From contig CP086569.2 in NCBI GenBank assembly GCA_009914755.4, positions 22,144,001-22,208,000 on the forward strand: a stretch of DNA of 64,000 nucleotides. The letters run 5' to 3'. Of the stretch, positions 18,560 to 32,199 are shown piece after piece. Made by a program: the position numbers and the translations under genes. Every line of letters begins with the position of its first letter. Positions within the stretch are counted from its first letter, which is position 1. The stretch is from the human T2T-CHM13v2.0 reference genome, Homo sapiens. The notes beneath the pieces were generated by a model. It made no database searches. It was not told the origin of the DNA and saw only the letters and a list, made by a program, of their open reading frames with translations.

Positions 18560-20562
18560 GTGTTGCCATAAAGAGACCTGAAAATGTAGAAGTTACTTTG
18601 GAATTCAGTAACAGGCAGAGGCTGGAACACTTTGGAGTGCTCAGAAAAAAATAGAAAGATGAGGGAAAGTTTGAAACTTCCTAGAGACTTGTTGAATTGT
18701 TGTGACCAAAGTGTTGATAGTAATATAAACAAGGAAGTCCAGGGTAAGGTGATCTCAGATGAAGATGAAAAACTTATTGGAAACTGAAATAAAGAGTAAA
18801 TAAAAACTTGCTATGCTTTGGTGAGGAGACTGTCGGCATGGTGCACCTGCTCTCTCAGAGATCTGAGAAACTTCAAAGTTAAGAGAGATGATTTAAGTTA
18901 TCTGGAGAAAGAAATTTCTAAGGGGCAATGCTGTCAAGAATTAGCCTGCCTGCTTCTAAAAGCCTCACTCACATGAGTTTGCAAAGGGAAGGTCAGATAT
19001 TAAAACTTATGTTTAAAAGGCAAACAGAAAATAATAGTTTGAAATATTTGCAGGCTTGAACCTGTGGTAGAAAAGAAAACGTCGTTTTCTAGAAAGAAAT
19101 TCAAAGCCATAGTAATTTACGTAAGTAAAGAAAAGCTGAATGTTAATAATCAACAAAAATGCCTCAGGATATTTCAGAGACCTTTGCAACAGCCCCTCCC
19201 CCACCTCCCATTCCACCCACTTCCCGTGCCCTGCCCCCTGCTGCCTCCCTAGCACAGGCCTGCAGGCCTAGAAAAACATGGTTCTATGGGCCAAGCTCAG
19301 GACTCTACTGCTCTGTGCAAACTTGGGACATGGTACCTGTGTCTCAGCCACTCCAGCTCCAGCTGTGGCTAAAAGTGGCCAAAGCTCAGCTTGGGTCATT
19401 TCTTCAGAGGGTGCAAACCCCAAACTTTGGTGACTTCCATGTTGTGTTAGGGCTCTGAATGTGCAAAGGCAAGAGTTGAGCTTGGGGGCTTCTGTCTAGA
19501 TTTCATAGTATGTATGAAAATACCTGGTGGTTTAGGCAGAAGTGTGCTGCAGGGTGGAACCCTCATGGAAAACTTCTGATGCAGTGAAGAGAAAAAATGT
19601 AGGGTTGAAGTCCCAACACAGAGACCCCACAGTAACACTGCCTAGTGGAGCTGTAAGTACAGGGCCACTGCCCTTCAGATGCCAGAATGATAGGTCCATT
19701 AACAGCTTGCACCTTGTACCTGGAATAGATGTAGGCACTAAATGCCAGCATGTAAAAGCAGCCAAGAGGGATATATCTTACAGAACCACAGGGGAAGAAC
19801 TGCCCAACACCTTGGAAGCCCACCCTTTTCTTCGGTGTAGCCTGGATGTGAGACATGGAGTCAAACAATGTTATTTTGAAGGTTTAAAATGTAATAACTT
19901 CCCGGCTGTGTTTTGGACTTGCAGGGGACCTCTAGCCCCATTGTTTTGGACAACTTCTCTTTTTTGGAACAGAAGCATTTACTCAATGTCTGTATGCCCT
20001 TTTATAACTTAGAAGTAACTAACTTGTTTTTTATTTTACCAGCACATAGGCAGAAGGGACTTTCCTTGCCTCACATGAAACTCTGGACTCAGACTTTTGA
20101 GATAATGCTGGAAGAAGTTAAAACTTTAGGGGACTGTTGAGAAAACATGATTGGTTTTGCAATGTGAAAAAATGCATGGAATTTGGGAGGAGCCAGAGGT
20201 GGTATTTGACTCTCTGTTCTCACCCAAATCTCATGTCAAATTGTAATCTCAGATGTTGGAGGAATAACAAGATGATAGGTAGTTTGATCATGGGAAACAT
20301 TTCTGCTTGTTTTTCTCATGATATTGAGTTCTCATGAGATCTGGTTGTGTGTTGCACTTTTCCTTCTGCTCTCTCTCATTTCCCTACGTGAAGAAGATTC
20401 TCGCTTCTCTATTTTCCTTCTCCCCTGATTAAAAGTTTCCTGAGAGTTCCCCAGTCACACTTACGGCCTGTAAAACTGTGAATAAATTAAACCTTTTTCT
20501 CTCTTCATAATGTACCTGGCCTTGGGTAATTCTCTGTAGTTGTGTGAGAATGGACTCTTACA
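18560..20562 (+). mobile_element. ERVL-MaLR internal region + 3' LTR (LTR about 20201-20562), plus orientation; 5' LTR absent
   Basis: Internal sequence homologous (reverse complement) to the MaLR internal parts at 3.4-5.0 kb and 25.3-27.3 kb. The LTR matches the THE1-type consensus in forward orientation (..cccaaatctcatgtcaaattgtaatc..gagaatggactcttaca). Confidence 0.75.
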
Positions 20563-21039
20563 GAAGTCTTTTCATATGTTAAAAAAAAACTTAGATGTTT
20601 TTGTCTATGCTTTATCCCTAGCCCAAAGATGACATGGTTTTTGCTAACTTGTGTAGTTACAATAAGAGCAAATTCTTATTGAGTTATCTAGATTACCAGG
20701 CCAAGACATATATTCTGTTTTCTTTATTCCAAACAAATGGAGTCTGTCCCTGTGCAGAATCATCTAAAGCTGTGGTGACACAAGCACCCCCCTGGCTAGA
20801 CATTATATCTGTGCTGTACCTAAGGTATAAGAAGAAGTCTGCTTTATTTTCCCTCTACTTTTTTCAAGAGGAAGGAGTTTTGCCTGACAGTCACCACAGG
20901 ACTCTCACCTGCAGCCTATAATTCTTAGAGGCCCACCCAAGAACCTTGATGTAGTACCTGGGTATCACTGCTAGTTATTTAGGGCCAGAAATCTCTTCAG
21001 TTAGCTGGTAATAAGTGCTCCAAGGACTGAGCACTTCCC

Positions 21040-22575
21040 TAAATGAACAAATCAAGAGGAATCACTTTATCTGCTCAAACTATATTACAAGGTTATAGTA
21101 ACAACAAGAGCATAGTACTGGCATAAAAACAGACACAGAAATCAGTAAAATGAAATAGAGATCCCAGAAATAAGGCACATTACTACAATCAACTGATGTT
21201 TGAAAAAGTTGGTAACAAGCTAGACTGAAGAAATAATACCCTTTTCAATAAACGGTGCTAGGAAATAAGCTTGTGCATAAAAATAAAACCAAAACTATAA
21301 GTTTCATCATTTGAAAACATTACCTCATGATGAATTAAAAACTTAAACTTAAAATCTGAAATTATAAAAATCCCAGGAGAAAGAGAAAAATGCAGGAACT
21401 CTCTACTGGACAATGGCCTGGGTAAAATGTTTATAACTAAGTTTTCAAAAGCAAACTAACAATGAAAAAATGTAGGCAAATGAGATGTAGTCAAAGTAAA
21501 AACCTATATATATACATATATAAACATATATGTATATAAACATATATAAACATATATATAAACATATATATATTTCTCTTTTTTCTGTTATTATATATGG
21601 TGAGCACATTTGCTTTAATTATACATATGTGATTGCTGAATATATATGTATATATATAATTAGCAGAGTAAACAATCTACAAAGTAGAAAAACAATTCGC
21701 AAACTATGTATCTGACAATTGGCTGATATTTAGAATCTTAAAATAATTCAAACAATTTAACAAGAAATAAAAAATAACCCCTTAAAAATGTGGGCAAATA
21801 ATGTGAACAGATATTTCTCCAAGGAAATCATACAGGTGCCCAGCTAACAGAAAGTGTTTAAATCATTAATCTTGAGAGTAATGTAACTGACAACTACAGT
21901 GAGATATGATACTGCACAAGTCAGAGTGGGTAAGATTAAGAAGTCAAAAATCAACAGATGTTGGTGATAACACAGAGAAAAAGGAAAGTTTATACACTGT
22001 AGATGGGTAAGTAAATTAGATCAAACTGTATGAAGTGTTGCATGAAGATTTTCAAATAACTAAAAGTACATCTACTATATAATGACAATTTCATTACTAG
22101 GTACCTAATTAAAAAATAACAGGTCATTATATCAAAAAGATACCTTCACTTGCTTGTTGATCACAGCATTATTTATAGTAGATAAGCTACATAATCAACC
22201 TAAGTGTCCATCAATGGATGACAGAAAAAGTAAATATGGCACATATTTATACCATGCAATACCTTTCAACCATATAAAAGAATAAAATCATGTATTGTGA
22301 AGCAACATGGCTGGAACTGGGAGCTATTATCCTAAGTAGAATAATTGAGAAACAGAAAATCAAATACCACATCTTCTCACTTACAAGTGGAAGCTAAATA
22401 ATAGGTATACATGGCCATAAAGAGTGGAAGGAGACACCTTACAGACTTCAAATGGTGTGAGGGTGAGATGGGTGAGGACTGAAAAATTACCCATTGGGTC
22501 AACATACACAAATTCATTACTATACAATATATTCATGTAAAAAACTGCACTTCAAACCCCCAAAATTACAAATGA
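21040..22575 (+). mobile_element. Old L1 (L1M/L1PB) ORF2 C-terminal region and 3'UTR
   Basis: Translation matches the L1 ORF2 C-terminal region (..NRxx[20 protein letters not shown]..) with stops. A (TA/CATATA)n expansion lies at 21503-21590. Confidence 0.7.
21503..21590. repeat. (CATATATAAA / TA)n simple repeat
   Basis: tatatatacatatataaacatatatgtatataaacatatataaacatatatataaacatatatata. Confidence 0.9.
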
Positions 22576-22599
22576 GATTGCTTTTTATTTTCTTTATTA

Positions 22600-23450
22600 C
22601 TAGTGAGGTTGAGCAACTCCATGAGTTTACTGGCCATCCATATTTCTCTTAGGTTAAATGCCTGTTCATATATTTTGAACAATTTTGAATTCAGTTTGCT
22701 GTGATTAATTATTCAGGAAATATTTATATACTCCATCATTGATTTTATACACTGCAAACATACTTTACCACAGTTGTAACTTCTACTTGAATTTCATTCA
22801 TATGTTTTTTATAAACAATTTTTTTAGTCTATTCAATATTATAAACTATTTTCTTTGCATTAGGATTCTTTGTGTTTCATTAGAAGACACTTTTTCATTC
22901 TGAGTTTATAATGTTATTCTATAATTATTTCCTAATTTTTCTTCTAAAAATATGTGATTACTTTTAACACTTAAATTTTTAATCTATTTGGGGTTGACAT
23001 TTGAATATGATGGATATAAGCTAGACATGTTTTTGCATTTTTATAGGGATAACAAACTTGCAGTGCTTGATTTGTTAATCCTTTTTCCTACACTAATGTT
23101 CTGCCATCTCTGTCATATTAATTCTTTATGTATACATTAATCTAAACTTAGGCTCAACTCATTGGTTTCTGTCACTTTCCCTGCATCAACACATGCTGTT
23201 TCTATAGTTGTATGTTGGCTAAGACCATTCTTCAGATGTAAAACAATAAATATATTATCTATTTTGTCTTTTGACTCTCACTTTAAGTTGCATGTGTTTT
23301 CTTGTTTTTGGTGATCTTTGTGATGGTGTGCTTCATTTTAACCTGTTGGACTATTACAGGCATCACTTATGGAGTCATTTTTCCAATGAGGTTAACCACC
23401 AGTTTTGTTTGTAGTCAGAGAGCACGATGTGCAGAATCCAGTTTTTTTTC
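22600..23450 (-). mobile_element. Probable old L1 fragment, minus orientation
   Basis: Resembles reverse-complement L1M ORF2 sequence blocks (..gcctgttcatatattttgaacaattttgaattcagtttgctgtgattaattattcagg..). Weak. Confidence 0.4.
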
Positions 23451-24386
23451 CCTTTTTCTTTTAAATGCTATTCAATAACATATTTGTATTGTATGAGTTT
23501 TTAACTTCTTCTTTAGACATTAGTGTAAACTGAGAGCATACTCTGGGTAAAATTAGATGTAATAAAATAGAAAACTTTTTGGAGCACTTAAAATATGCCA
23601 GATATACTTCTAAATGTTATATATGCATTATCACATTTAATTTATATAACAACCAAACCAGATTGCTGCACCAAAGAAAGCACTGATTACTAACCACAAT
23701 ACATGTGCTCCTAATCTTAGCTCAAGCTTATTAACTATACAAATGTAGTTATTGATATGGCCATATGTGGTACTCTACAATGATTAGTGAAAACATGGAG
23801 TTTTCATAAAGACAAGAAGTGTCATTGACCCTGTTGGTTGCCTACCTAATGCCTCTCTTATTCCTGAAAACGTTTTTAAGATAAATAGCCTTCTTCCAAC
23901 AGCTATATGGTTCAGAGTCAGCTGGACCCATCATCAGGCCCAATGGGTTTAGAGAAATTTAAGGAGTTCAACATTGGTCACAAAGATATCATTGACATAA
24001 AAGTGTGCCTAAATTTAGCTCAATGAACCACAAGGGAGGAAGGGCTTAGGAAAAGTTCTTCTTTCTCATTGAAAAAAGACACATAGGGTAAGGTCCTTAT
24101 CTGCCACTAAGTCTTTACTGTTTTCAGATAATATGCATAGCAGGTGTTTGTGATCATAAAGGAAACTAACTATAGGATGAGGTCAAAAGTGAGAAACATG
24201 GAGTAAAATCTCAATGGAAGTAACCTAATATTTTTAATAAAATTACTAAACTTCAAATTATACCATACTGGGTACCTTATTGTAAAGTTAGTATTTTTTT
24301 TATAGTGAGAAATAATGCACATACTGCTATTGATGTAGTAAATATATATTTTTCTAAAAAACAATTTGGCAACATAGGGATTTTAG

Positions 24387-24718
<332 letters not shown>

Positions 24719-24951
24719 ACTGAAAAATTATTTTTTAACCAGAAATATAAATAAGATTTTCTAAACATACCATATGGCAGAGGAAATGGCGAGAATCTGA
24801 CACAGAGGCTGAATTTAATATGCAGAAGGATGACCCAGAAAGGGAGATGAAGAAAGCATAGCCACACAGTTGGCAGAAATTGAAGAGAAAGATGTATCAA
24901 AGGAGCTAGATGTATTCTCACACTTCTATAAAACACTGTCCAAAACTGGGT

Positions 24952-25003
24952 AATTTACAAAAATAACTAAATAACTAAATAACTAAATAAATAAATAAAT
25001 AAA
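24952..25003. repeat. (AAATAACT)n / (AAATAAAT)n simple repeat
   Basis: aaataactaaataactaaataactaaataaataaataaataaatg. Confidence 0.9.
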
Positions 25004-25004
25004 T

Positions 25005-27710
25005 GCCACACTGTTTTGCAGGGCTGGTAAGATCTCAAAAAACTTATGATTATGGAAAAAGGAAAAGCAAATCTTTCCTCCACAGGGCAGCAGTAGGAAG
25101 AATAATGAGAGACCCTGCAGAGTGAAGAAGGGAAAGCCCATCACAAAACTATCAAATCTCATGAGAACTCACTGACTGTAACAAGAAAAACATGGGGTAA
25201 GTGCCATCATGATTCAATTATGTCCCACAAATTCCTCCTCCAACATGTGAAGATTAAAATTTACATTACAATGTAAGATGAGATTTGGGTAAGGATACAA
25301 ACAATATTTTTTTTCTCCTAACCTCCACATATTCTATGTTATCACATTTAAAAACATAATCATGCCTTTCTAACAATCTCCCAAAGTCTTAACTCATTGC
25401 AACATTTATCCAAAAGTCCAAGTTCAAAGTCTCATCTGAAACAAGGTAAGTTCCTTCTTATTATGAACCTGTAACATCAAAAGCAAGTGAGTTACTTTCT
25501 AGATATATCGGGGATATAGGCATTGACTAAATGCACCCATTTGAAGTGGAAAATTGTACAAAACAAAGGGGCTACAGACTCAGTGCAAGTCCAAAATCTA
25601 ATAGAGCCGTCATTAAATCTTAAAGTTTCAAAAAAAATTTTGGACTCCTTGTCTCATATTCAGGCCACATTGATGAAAACTTGGGCAACCACAGCTTTTG
25701 GCGGCTGTACCCCTGTAGCTTTGCATGGAATAGCTCCCCATAGCTTTTATGGGGCTTTTATGGCTGGCATTGAGTGTCTGAGGCTTTTCCAGGTGCATAG
25801 TGGAAGCTGTCAATGTATCTACACTTCTGGTGCCTAGAGGACAGTGTCCCTCTTCACAAAGCTCCACCTGGCAATGCTCCAGTAGGAACTCTGTGTAGAG
25901 GTTCCAACCCCATATTTTCCTTTGGCACTGCCCTAGCATGGGTTCATAAGGTCTTTGGCCCTTCAGCAGACTTATTCTTGGACATCCAGGTGTTACCATA
26001 CATGCTCTAAAATCTAGGCAGAGGTTCCCAAACCTCAAATCTTGTCTTCCTTGAACCCACAGTAAAAACACCACATGGCAGCTGCCAAAGTGGGGGGCTT
26101 GCACCACCTGAAGCAACATCCTGAGCTATACCTTGACCCTCTTATTCACGGCTGAAACAGCTGTGATACAGTCTCCTGGACCCACCCATAAAACCATTTT
26201 TTTTCCTCCTTTGCCTCAGGGCCTGTGATGGGAGGGGCTGCTGCAAAGACTTCTGACATACTTTGGGGACATTTTCTTCATGTCTTGGTGATTAACCTCT
26301 GTTTTCTCTTCACTTAGGTAGATTTGTACTACCTGCTTCAATTTCTTCCTAAAATATGGGTTTTTATCTTCTACCCCATTCTCAGGCAGCAGATTTTTTA
26401 TAATTTTATGCTTTGATTTCCTTTGAATGTTCTGCCTCTTTGAAATTTATTCTGCCTTGATAAAAAACAAGTAGTTTAGACAATTCCTCTTCAAAGAGTT
26501 TCACTTTGCTACAAACAACTGTTCTTCTCCAAGAGGTCTTTCCTTCCTTGTGCTGTCTGTCCTGAAGTCTTACTTCCCTGTTCTTTGTCTAATCTTGCCC
26601 ACCAATCTGTCAGCCCCTCCTGCCCTGCTGTGCTCAGGCATGCCCACCAAGAAATCACCCTCCTGCCTTCCCACCAGTGTAACCGCATTCCTGCACTCTT
26701 CAAGTTAGCCAACTGCATTCTGCTTAGATTGTGTGGTCTAACGGCAGCCAGTGGAGGCACATACACTAACAGGGACAAGCTGCATTAAAAATCATAAAAA
26801 CTCCTGCTTTCCTCTGTTCTGGGTGCTCTTGCCATTGCTGCATAAACAAGATGCACCCTCCTGCAGGAGTAACTTTGCCTTGCTGAGAAAATTTATGTTT
26901 GAGTGCTATTTCTTTTGCAGCACTGAAAATTTCTTTCTAACATGCCTGGTACCCCAAAGTTCCAAAAATATCTTGGGCAGGTGGCAAAAAGCCACCAGTG
27001 TCTTTGCTAAAGCACATCAAAGCCACCTTTGCTCCAGTTCCCTACAAGTTTCTTTTCTCCATCTGATACCATCTCAACCTTAAGGTCATTGTCCATATTA
27101 CTATCAGGATTTTGGTCACAGCCATTAAATAAGTCTCTGTGAAGATCCAAACTTTCTCACATCTTCCTTTCTTCTTAGCCTTTTAGGTCATAGGAAGTTT
27201 CTAACTTTTCCACTCTCTTTTTCTTTTTCTGAGTCCTATAAACGTTTCAACTTCTGCCTGTTACTGCCAAAGCTGCTTCCAAATTTTCAGGTATCCTTAC
27301 AGTGGTATCTCACTCTTAGTGTTCTAATTTATGCATTGGTCCATTCTCACACTGCTAGGAAAGAACTGCCTGAGGCTATGTAATTTATAAAGAAAAGATT
27401 CAATTGACTCACAGTTTTGCAGGGCTGATAAGGCCTCGGGAAACTTGCAATCAGGGTAGAAGAGGAAGCAAGTGCATCCTATTTTACATGGCAGAAGAAA
27501 AGAGAAGAATAAAACAAATTCAGACTGAAGGAAATTAAAGCCTCTCACAAAACTATCACATCTCATGAGAACTCACTATTATGAGAACAGCGTGGGGGAA
27601 TCACCTCACAGTTCAATCAGCTCCCATGAGATTCCTCTTTCAACCCATGAGGATTACAATTTTGATTACAATTTAAGATGAGATTTGGGTGGAGACACAG
27701 AGCCATACCA
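25005..27710 (-). mobile_element. ERVL-MaLR element: truncated LTR (to about 25300), internal region, LTR (27332-27710), minus orientation
   Basis: LTR at 27332-27710 = reverse complement of the THE1/MST-type consensus. Internal region collinear with the copy at 3.4-5.0 kb. Confidence 0.8.
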
Positions 27711-28203
27711 CAGCACTAGATAAAAATGATTTTCAAATAGATAAAGAGGTAAGTAGAACTGCATGCTTGTTTAAAAACATGATGTAAACATAAAAATCCA
27801 CTCTAGATTCCTAGACATGAAAGTCATGAATGGCCATAGCCAGAGTGAAGGGGCTGGAAGTGAGATTGATTTTGGTTTATTTCTAAGTATGTGTGGTCAC
27901 CTATCAGAATGCAGCTCTCCTATCTCTTTTAAGTGAAAAAAAAAAAGAGTTATTACTCTAATTGCCATGACTGCCAGCCCACATTACTCAGCTACAAAAC
28001 CCTTTTGAGGTTTGCAGAAAACCCACTCATTCAAGGCCACATCGCCATTCCCATGAAGGTCTACATACAATGAGTAACAGAATGGGTCCGAAGTCCCAGT
28101 TCTCTTGCCCTCCACTGCAGACCGCTCTGAAGATTCATTCCATTTTCCAAACTCCTGATAGGGTTGGATAAAGCTTATATTGAGACTGTATTGCAGCTCA
28201 ATG

Positions 28204-28290
28204 TTTTTTCCATGCCCTCTGGCTTCTATGCCCTCTCTATGCCTTCTCTATGCCCTCTCTACTGCTTCTATGCCCTCTCTACTGTGTTGA
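28204..28290. repeat. Short tandem repeat, about 11-nt unit (ctatgccctct), 8 copies
   Basis: catgccctctggcttctatgccctctctatgccttctctatgccctctctactgcttctatgccctctctact. Confidence 0.85.
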
Positions 28291-28863
28291 CCCTACGAGC
28301 ACAAAGTGATCAATGTAGCATTGTGTATTTCTATCTAAGCATCTACTTTCCAAGCAACACACTTCACAAAAAAGAAAATTATGGCCTTACTACGGATAAG
28401 TTCTCTTAGCAGCAGAAAGTGAGAAATTTGAAATGATTAACTCCAATTTTTTTCAAAATGTTTGATAATTTAGGGAATGTAAGAGATATAACTTAAAAGA
28501 CTACTTAGAGAGTTTTCTTCCTTTATATTTTTATTTTAGAGACTTACACTTTATAAACACAGACACTAAGGAACATTTTAAAAATACTTTAAAATGCCTG
28601 GAAGTAAACATTGAAAAAATATTTTTCCATGCATACAAACAAGAAGGTGTAAAGAACTTTCAAAGGACAAAAACAATAAAAAAACAAGACTTTGAAGAAA
28701 TCATAAAGCCTTAAAGACCTTTGTTTTAATGGGCTTGATATAGGGAAAAAAAAAAAAGTAAATAACCTAGTTAAAGAAAAGTGCTGATCAAGGCTCCCTT
28801 GCACAGTTAAAACAACCAAAGAGGACACTCATATTCAAATAGGTATCAAAAGTGTACAGGCAT

Positions 28864-29310
28864 TGTAATGGTTAATACTGAGTGTCAACTTGGTTAGATT
28901 GAAGAGTATTGGTTGGATGCAAAATATTGATCCTGGATGTGTCTGTAAGGGTGCTGCCAAAGCAAATTAACATTTGAGTCTGTGAGCTGCAAAAGGCAGA
29001 CACACCATTAATCTGGGTGGGCACCATCTAATCAGCTGCCAGTGCAACTAGAATATAAAGCAGAGAGAAAAATGTGAAAAGACAAGTCTGGTCTAGCCTC
29101 CCAGCCTACATCTTTCTCCTGTGCTGGATGCCTCTTGCCCTTGAAGGTTGGACTCCAAGTTCTTCAGTTTAGGGACTCAGATTGGCTCTCCTTTCTCCTC
29201 AGCTTACAAACAGCCTATTGTGAAACCTTGTGATCATATGAGTTAATACTTAATAAATTCCCCTTTATATATCCTATTAGTTTTGTTCATCTGGAGAAGC
29301 CTAATTCAGA
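28864..29310 (+). mobile_element. MST-type (ERVL-MaLR) solo LTR
   Basis: tgtaatggttaatactgagtgtcaacttgg..attaacatttgagtc..gggtgggcaccatctaatcagctg..tcctattagtt.. matches MSTA/B-like LTR architecture. Confidence 0.75.
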
Positions 29311-29475
29311 TTTCAGTGATACGAGTGGTTCTAGAGGAAAAGAATATTAAGGATGGAGTTATCTTCTAGGTTTGAGTTTCTGGGATTGGATTCTTAATAC
29401 TATTAAACCCCAAAATGCTAAGGACTCTACTTCTAGTAGTATGAAGACTGAGAGTTCATGACATGAACTATATAA

Positions 29476-29600
29476 TGTGATGGTTAATACTGAGTGTCAA
29501 CTTGATAGGATTAAATAATGCAAAGTATTGATACTGAGTATGTCTGTGAGGGTGTTACAAAAGGAGATTAACATTTGAGTCAGTGGGCTGCAAAAATAAA
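29476..29600 (+). mobile_element. Second, truncated MST-type LTR copy in the same orientation
   Basis: tgtgatggttaatactgagtgtcaacttgataggattaaataatgcaaagtattgatactgagtatgtctgtgagggtgtt.. parallels the start of the LTR at 28864. Confidence 0.65.
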
Positions 29601-29699
29601 TGCATTTGGCACTCCCGATGCACTGCTCACAAGAAACAAGGAGTTTAGTGATTTTATACATAACACCTTTGACTATATGTGGAGAATCAAGGAAAATAA

Positions 29700-32180
29700 T
29701 GAAGCTGGTTGGTTGCAACTAAATTCAGTGGAGAAAGTGATGAAATAAAATAGTGGACTCAGGGATTTTATCTCTCAGCTTCAGAAGCAGATATTGAGCC
29801 TCAAATCTGCAAAGAATCGCCCTGCGTGAGAGTCTTATCTCCTGTAGAGAAAGAGATGAAATTGTGGAAAAACAGACACAAGCTCTTATCCTGTGAGTGG
29901 CTGACCTGCAAGGAAAGGTGCATGCACAGCCTCACCAGGTGTCTACTTTTAAAGAAAAGGCATTGATTGGAAAATAATGGGTCCCTGAAACTTGCAAGGG
30001 GGGCATAAGGAAGGACCCTGATGAAGCTGGGGACACTGAGTTTATAAACTCTGATGAACCTTTTTTTGCCAGAAGAAACAGCTTCCCCATCCCTAGCAAT
30101 GGCAACATCCCCTCCCCATCTCATGTTGCCATCAGCATCTCCACCTTTGCATGAAGCAATAAACACTGCACTTCCTGAGGAAACAGTGATGGGGTCCCTT
30201 GAGGCAGTTTCCAGGCAAGATAATGCTGATTCTCCTGAAGAGGCACCCTGAACACCCCTGTTTGCTTCTAGACCTATAACTAGACTGAAGTCCTGGTGGG
30301 CCCTTGAAGGTGAGGTTGACAGTGTGACCCATGAGGAGGTGCATTACACTTGAACTGCTAGAGTTTTCTAATTTATATTAATAGAAATCAGGAGAAAAGT
30401 CATAGGAATGAATATTAAGGGTGTAGAATAATGGCGGAAAAAAACATTGAGTTTGATCACGCTGAATTTATTGATTTGGGCCCAATAAATAATGAATCTG
30501 CATTTAATGTTGCAGCTCAGGAAGATAAAAAAGTTCTAATAGTTTCTTTGCTTGGTTAGCTAAAATATGGATTAAAAGATGGCCCACAGGGACTGAGCTG
30601 GAAATGCCTGTTTGGTTTAATGTAGAGAAAGGGAAACAAAGGCTTAGAGACCTTGAGATAGTGGAGTGGATTAATCATATTAGACCCATTCATCTTAGCT
30701 GGGAGGGTCCAGAAGACATATCCTTGACCAATTCTTAGCAAAATAGGTTTGTGAGGGCAGCACCTGTATCTTTGAAGAGCCCTATAATTGCTCTTCTCTG
30801 TATGTCAGATCTAACGGCAGGAACCACAGTTACTCCACTACAAAATTCAAATACGATGAGAATAACTGGACCCCAAACTAGCAGGGAACAAGTAGTGGCA
30901 TTCAACAATCAAAGGCAAGGTGGACATAGCTACTGTAATGGATGGTGCAGGCAAAGCAAGAAACAGAATAGTCTCACTCACTTAGAGCTCTGGTATTGGC
31001 TAATTAATCACAGTATTCCTATAAGTAAAGTTGATAGGAAGCATACTGCAAAAAAACTAATTGGAATTATAAAAAGAGAGAATCACAGCCCCTCAATCAA
31101 TGTCCAGGCTGGAGCCCATTTTCAGACTGAGAAACTTTGAATAAAGGGGAGTCTGGGTTCCATTGAGGAAGGACCCTACTACTATACTGAAAGTTTATGC
31201 TGTTAATCTTTCTCTAATCCTTCCCCAAGGAGACCTCTGGCCTTTTATCCAGGTAACTGTGCACTGGGGAAGGGAAAATGATGAGACATTTTGGGACTAC
31301 TGGATACTGCTTCTGAGATTGCGTTGATTCAAGGGGACCCAAAACGTCATTGTCATCCTCCAGTTAAAGTAGGGGCTTATGGATGTCAGGGAATTAAAGG
31401 AATTTTAGCTCAGGTCTGACTTCCAGTGGGTCCAGTTGGTCCCTGAACTTATCCTGTGGTCATTTGCCAAATGCCAGAATGTATAATTTGCATAGACATA
31501 CTAAACAGCTGTCAGAATCCACACACTGCCTTCCTGAAAGTTAGGGTGAGAGCTATCGTGGTGAGAAAGGCCAAACAGAAGCCATTAGAGCTGCCTCTAC
31601 CTAGAAGAATAGTGAATGAAAAACAATATTGCATCCCTGGAGAGATGCAGAGGGGTGTGAAAGATGCAGTGTCACCATCAAGGATGTGAAAGATACAGGG
31701 GTGGTGATTTCTGCCACATCCCCATTTTTGACTCTCGCATTTGTCCTGTGCAGAAGAAAAATGAATCTTAGAGAATGACAGTGGATTATTCTAAGCTTAA
31801 CCAAGTGGTGATTTCAATTGAAGCTGGTGTACCAGCTGTGGTTTCATTGCTTGAGCAAATTAACACATCTCCCAGTACCTGGTATGCAGCCATTGACTCG
31901 GCAACTGTCTTTTTCTCCATTCCTGCCCATAAAGCCCACCAGAAACAATCTGCCTTCAACTGGCAAAGCCAACAATATACTTTTGTTGTCCTACATCAGG
32001 TGCATGTTAACCCTCTGGCATTGTGCCATATTCTTATTTGGAGAGACCTTGAATGCTTTACAATTCATCAAGCTATTACACCAGTCCATTACCTTAATGA
32101 CATTATACTGATTGGATCCAGTGAGCAAGAAGTAGCAAACACACTGAACTTATTTGTTAGACATTTGTGTGCCAGAAGAT
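29700..32180 (+). mobile_element. Gammaretrovirus-like ERV (class I, HERV9/HERV-W-like) internal fragment: gag 3' end, protease, N-terminal RT; disabled
   Basis: Protease active-site region LLDTASEIALIQGDPK.. at about 31300. RT (ORF 31775-32182) MTVDYSKLNQVV..SLLEQINTSP.TWYAAIDSA..FFSIPAHKAHQKQSAFNWQSQQYTFVVL..YLNDIILIGSSEQEVANTLNLFVRHLCARR (YxDD-like motif). Stops and frame breaks throughout. Confidence 0.75.
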
Positions 32181-32199
32181 GAGAAATAAATTCATCTAA

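Noticed and set aside
19159-19260. C-rich/proline-rich stretch (PPPPIPPTSRALPPAAS), possible G-quadruplex on the minus strand or coding low-complexity domain
   Set aside because: Falls inside the MaLR internal region; homologous polypyrimidine stretch present in the other MaLR copies; no supporting ORF context.
25628-26119. 163-aa minus-strand ORF
   Set aside because: Lies entirely within the internal region of a MaLR element (non-autonomous, non-coding). Same sequence family also at 3.4-5.0 kb and 18.6-20.2 kb without conserved ORF.
28204-28290. Regularly spaced short direct repeats (11-nt unit); checked for CRISPR-like architecture
   Set aside because: Contiguous tandem repeat without spacers, in a eukaryotic context; it is a minisatellite.
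30751-32182. ORFs 30751-31140 (129 aa) and 31775-32182 (135 aa) with gag-NC-like and RT motifs; possible intact retroviral gene
   Set aside because: Flanking frames contain many stops; protease DTG is mutated; RT ends abruptly at 32180. Decayed ERV, not a functional gene.
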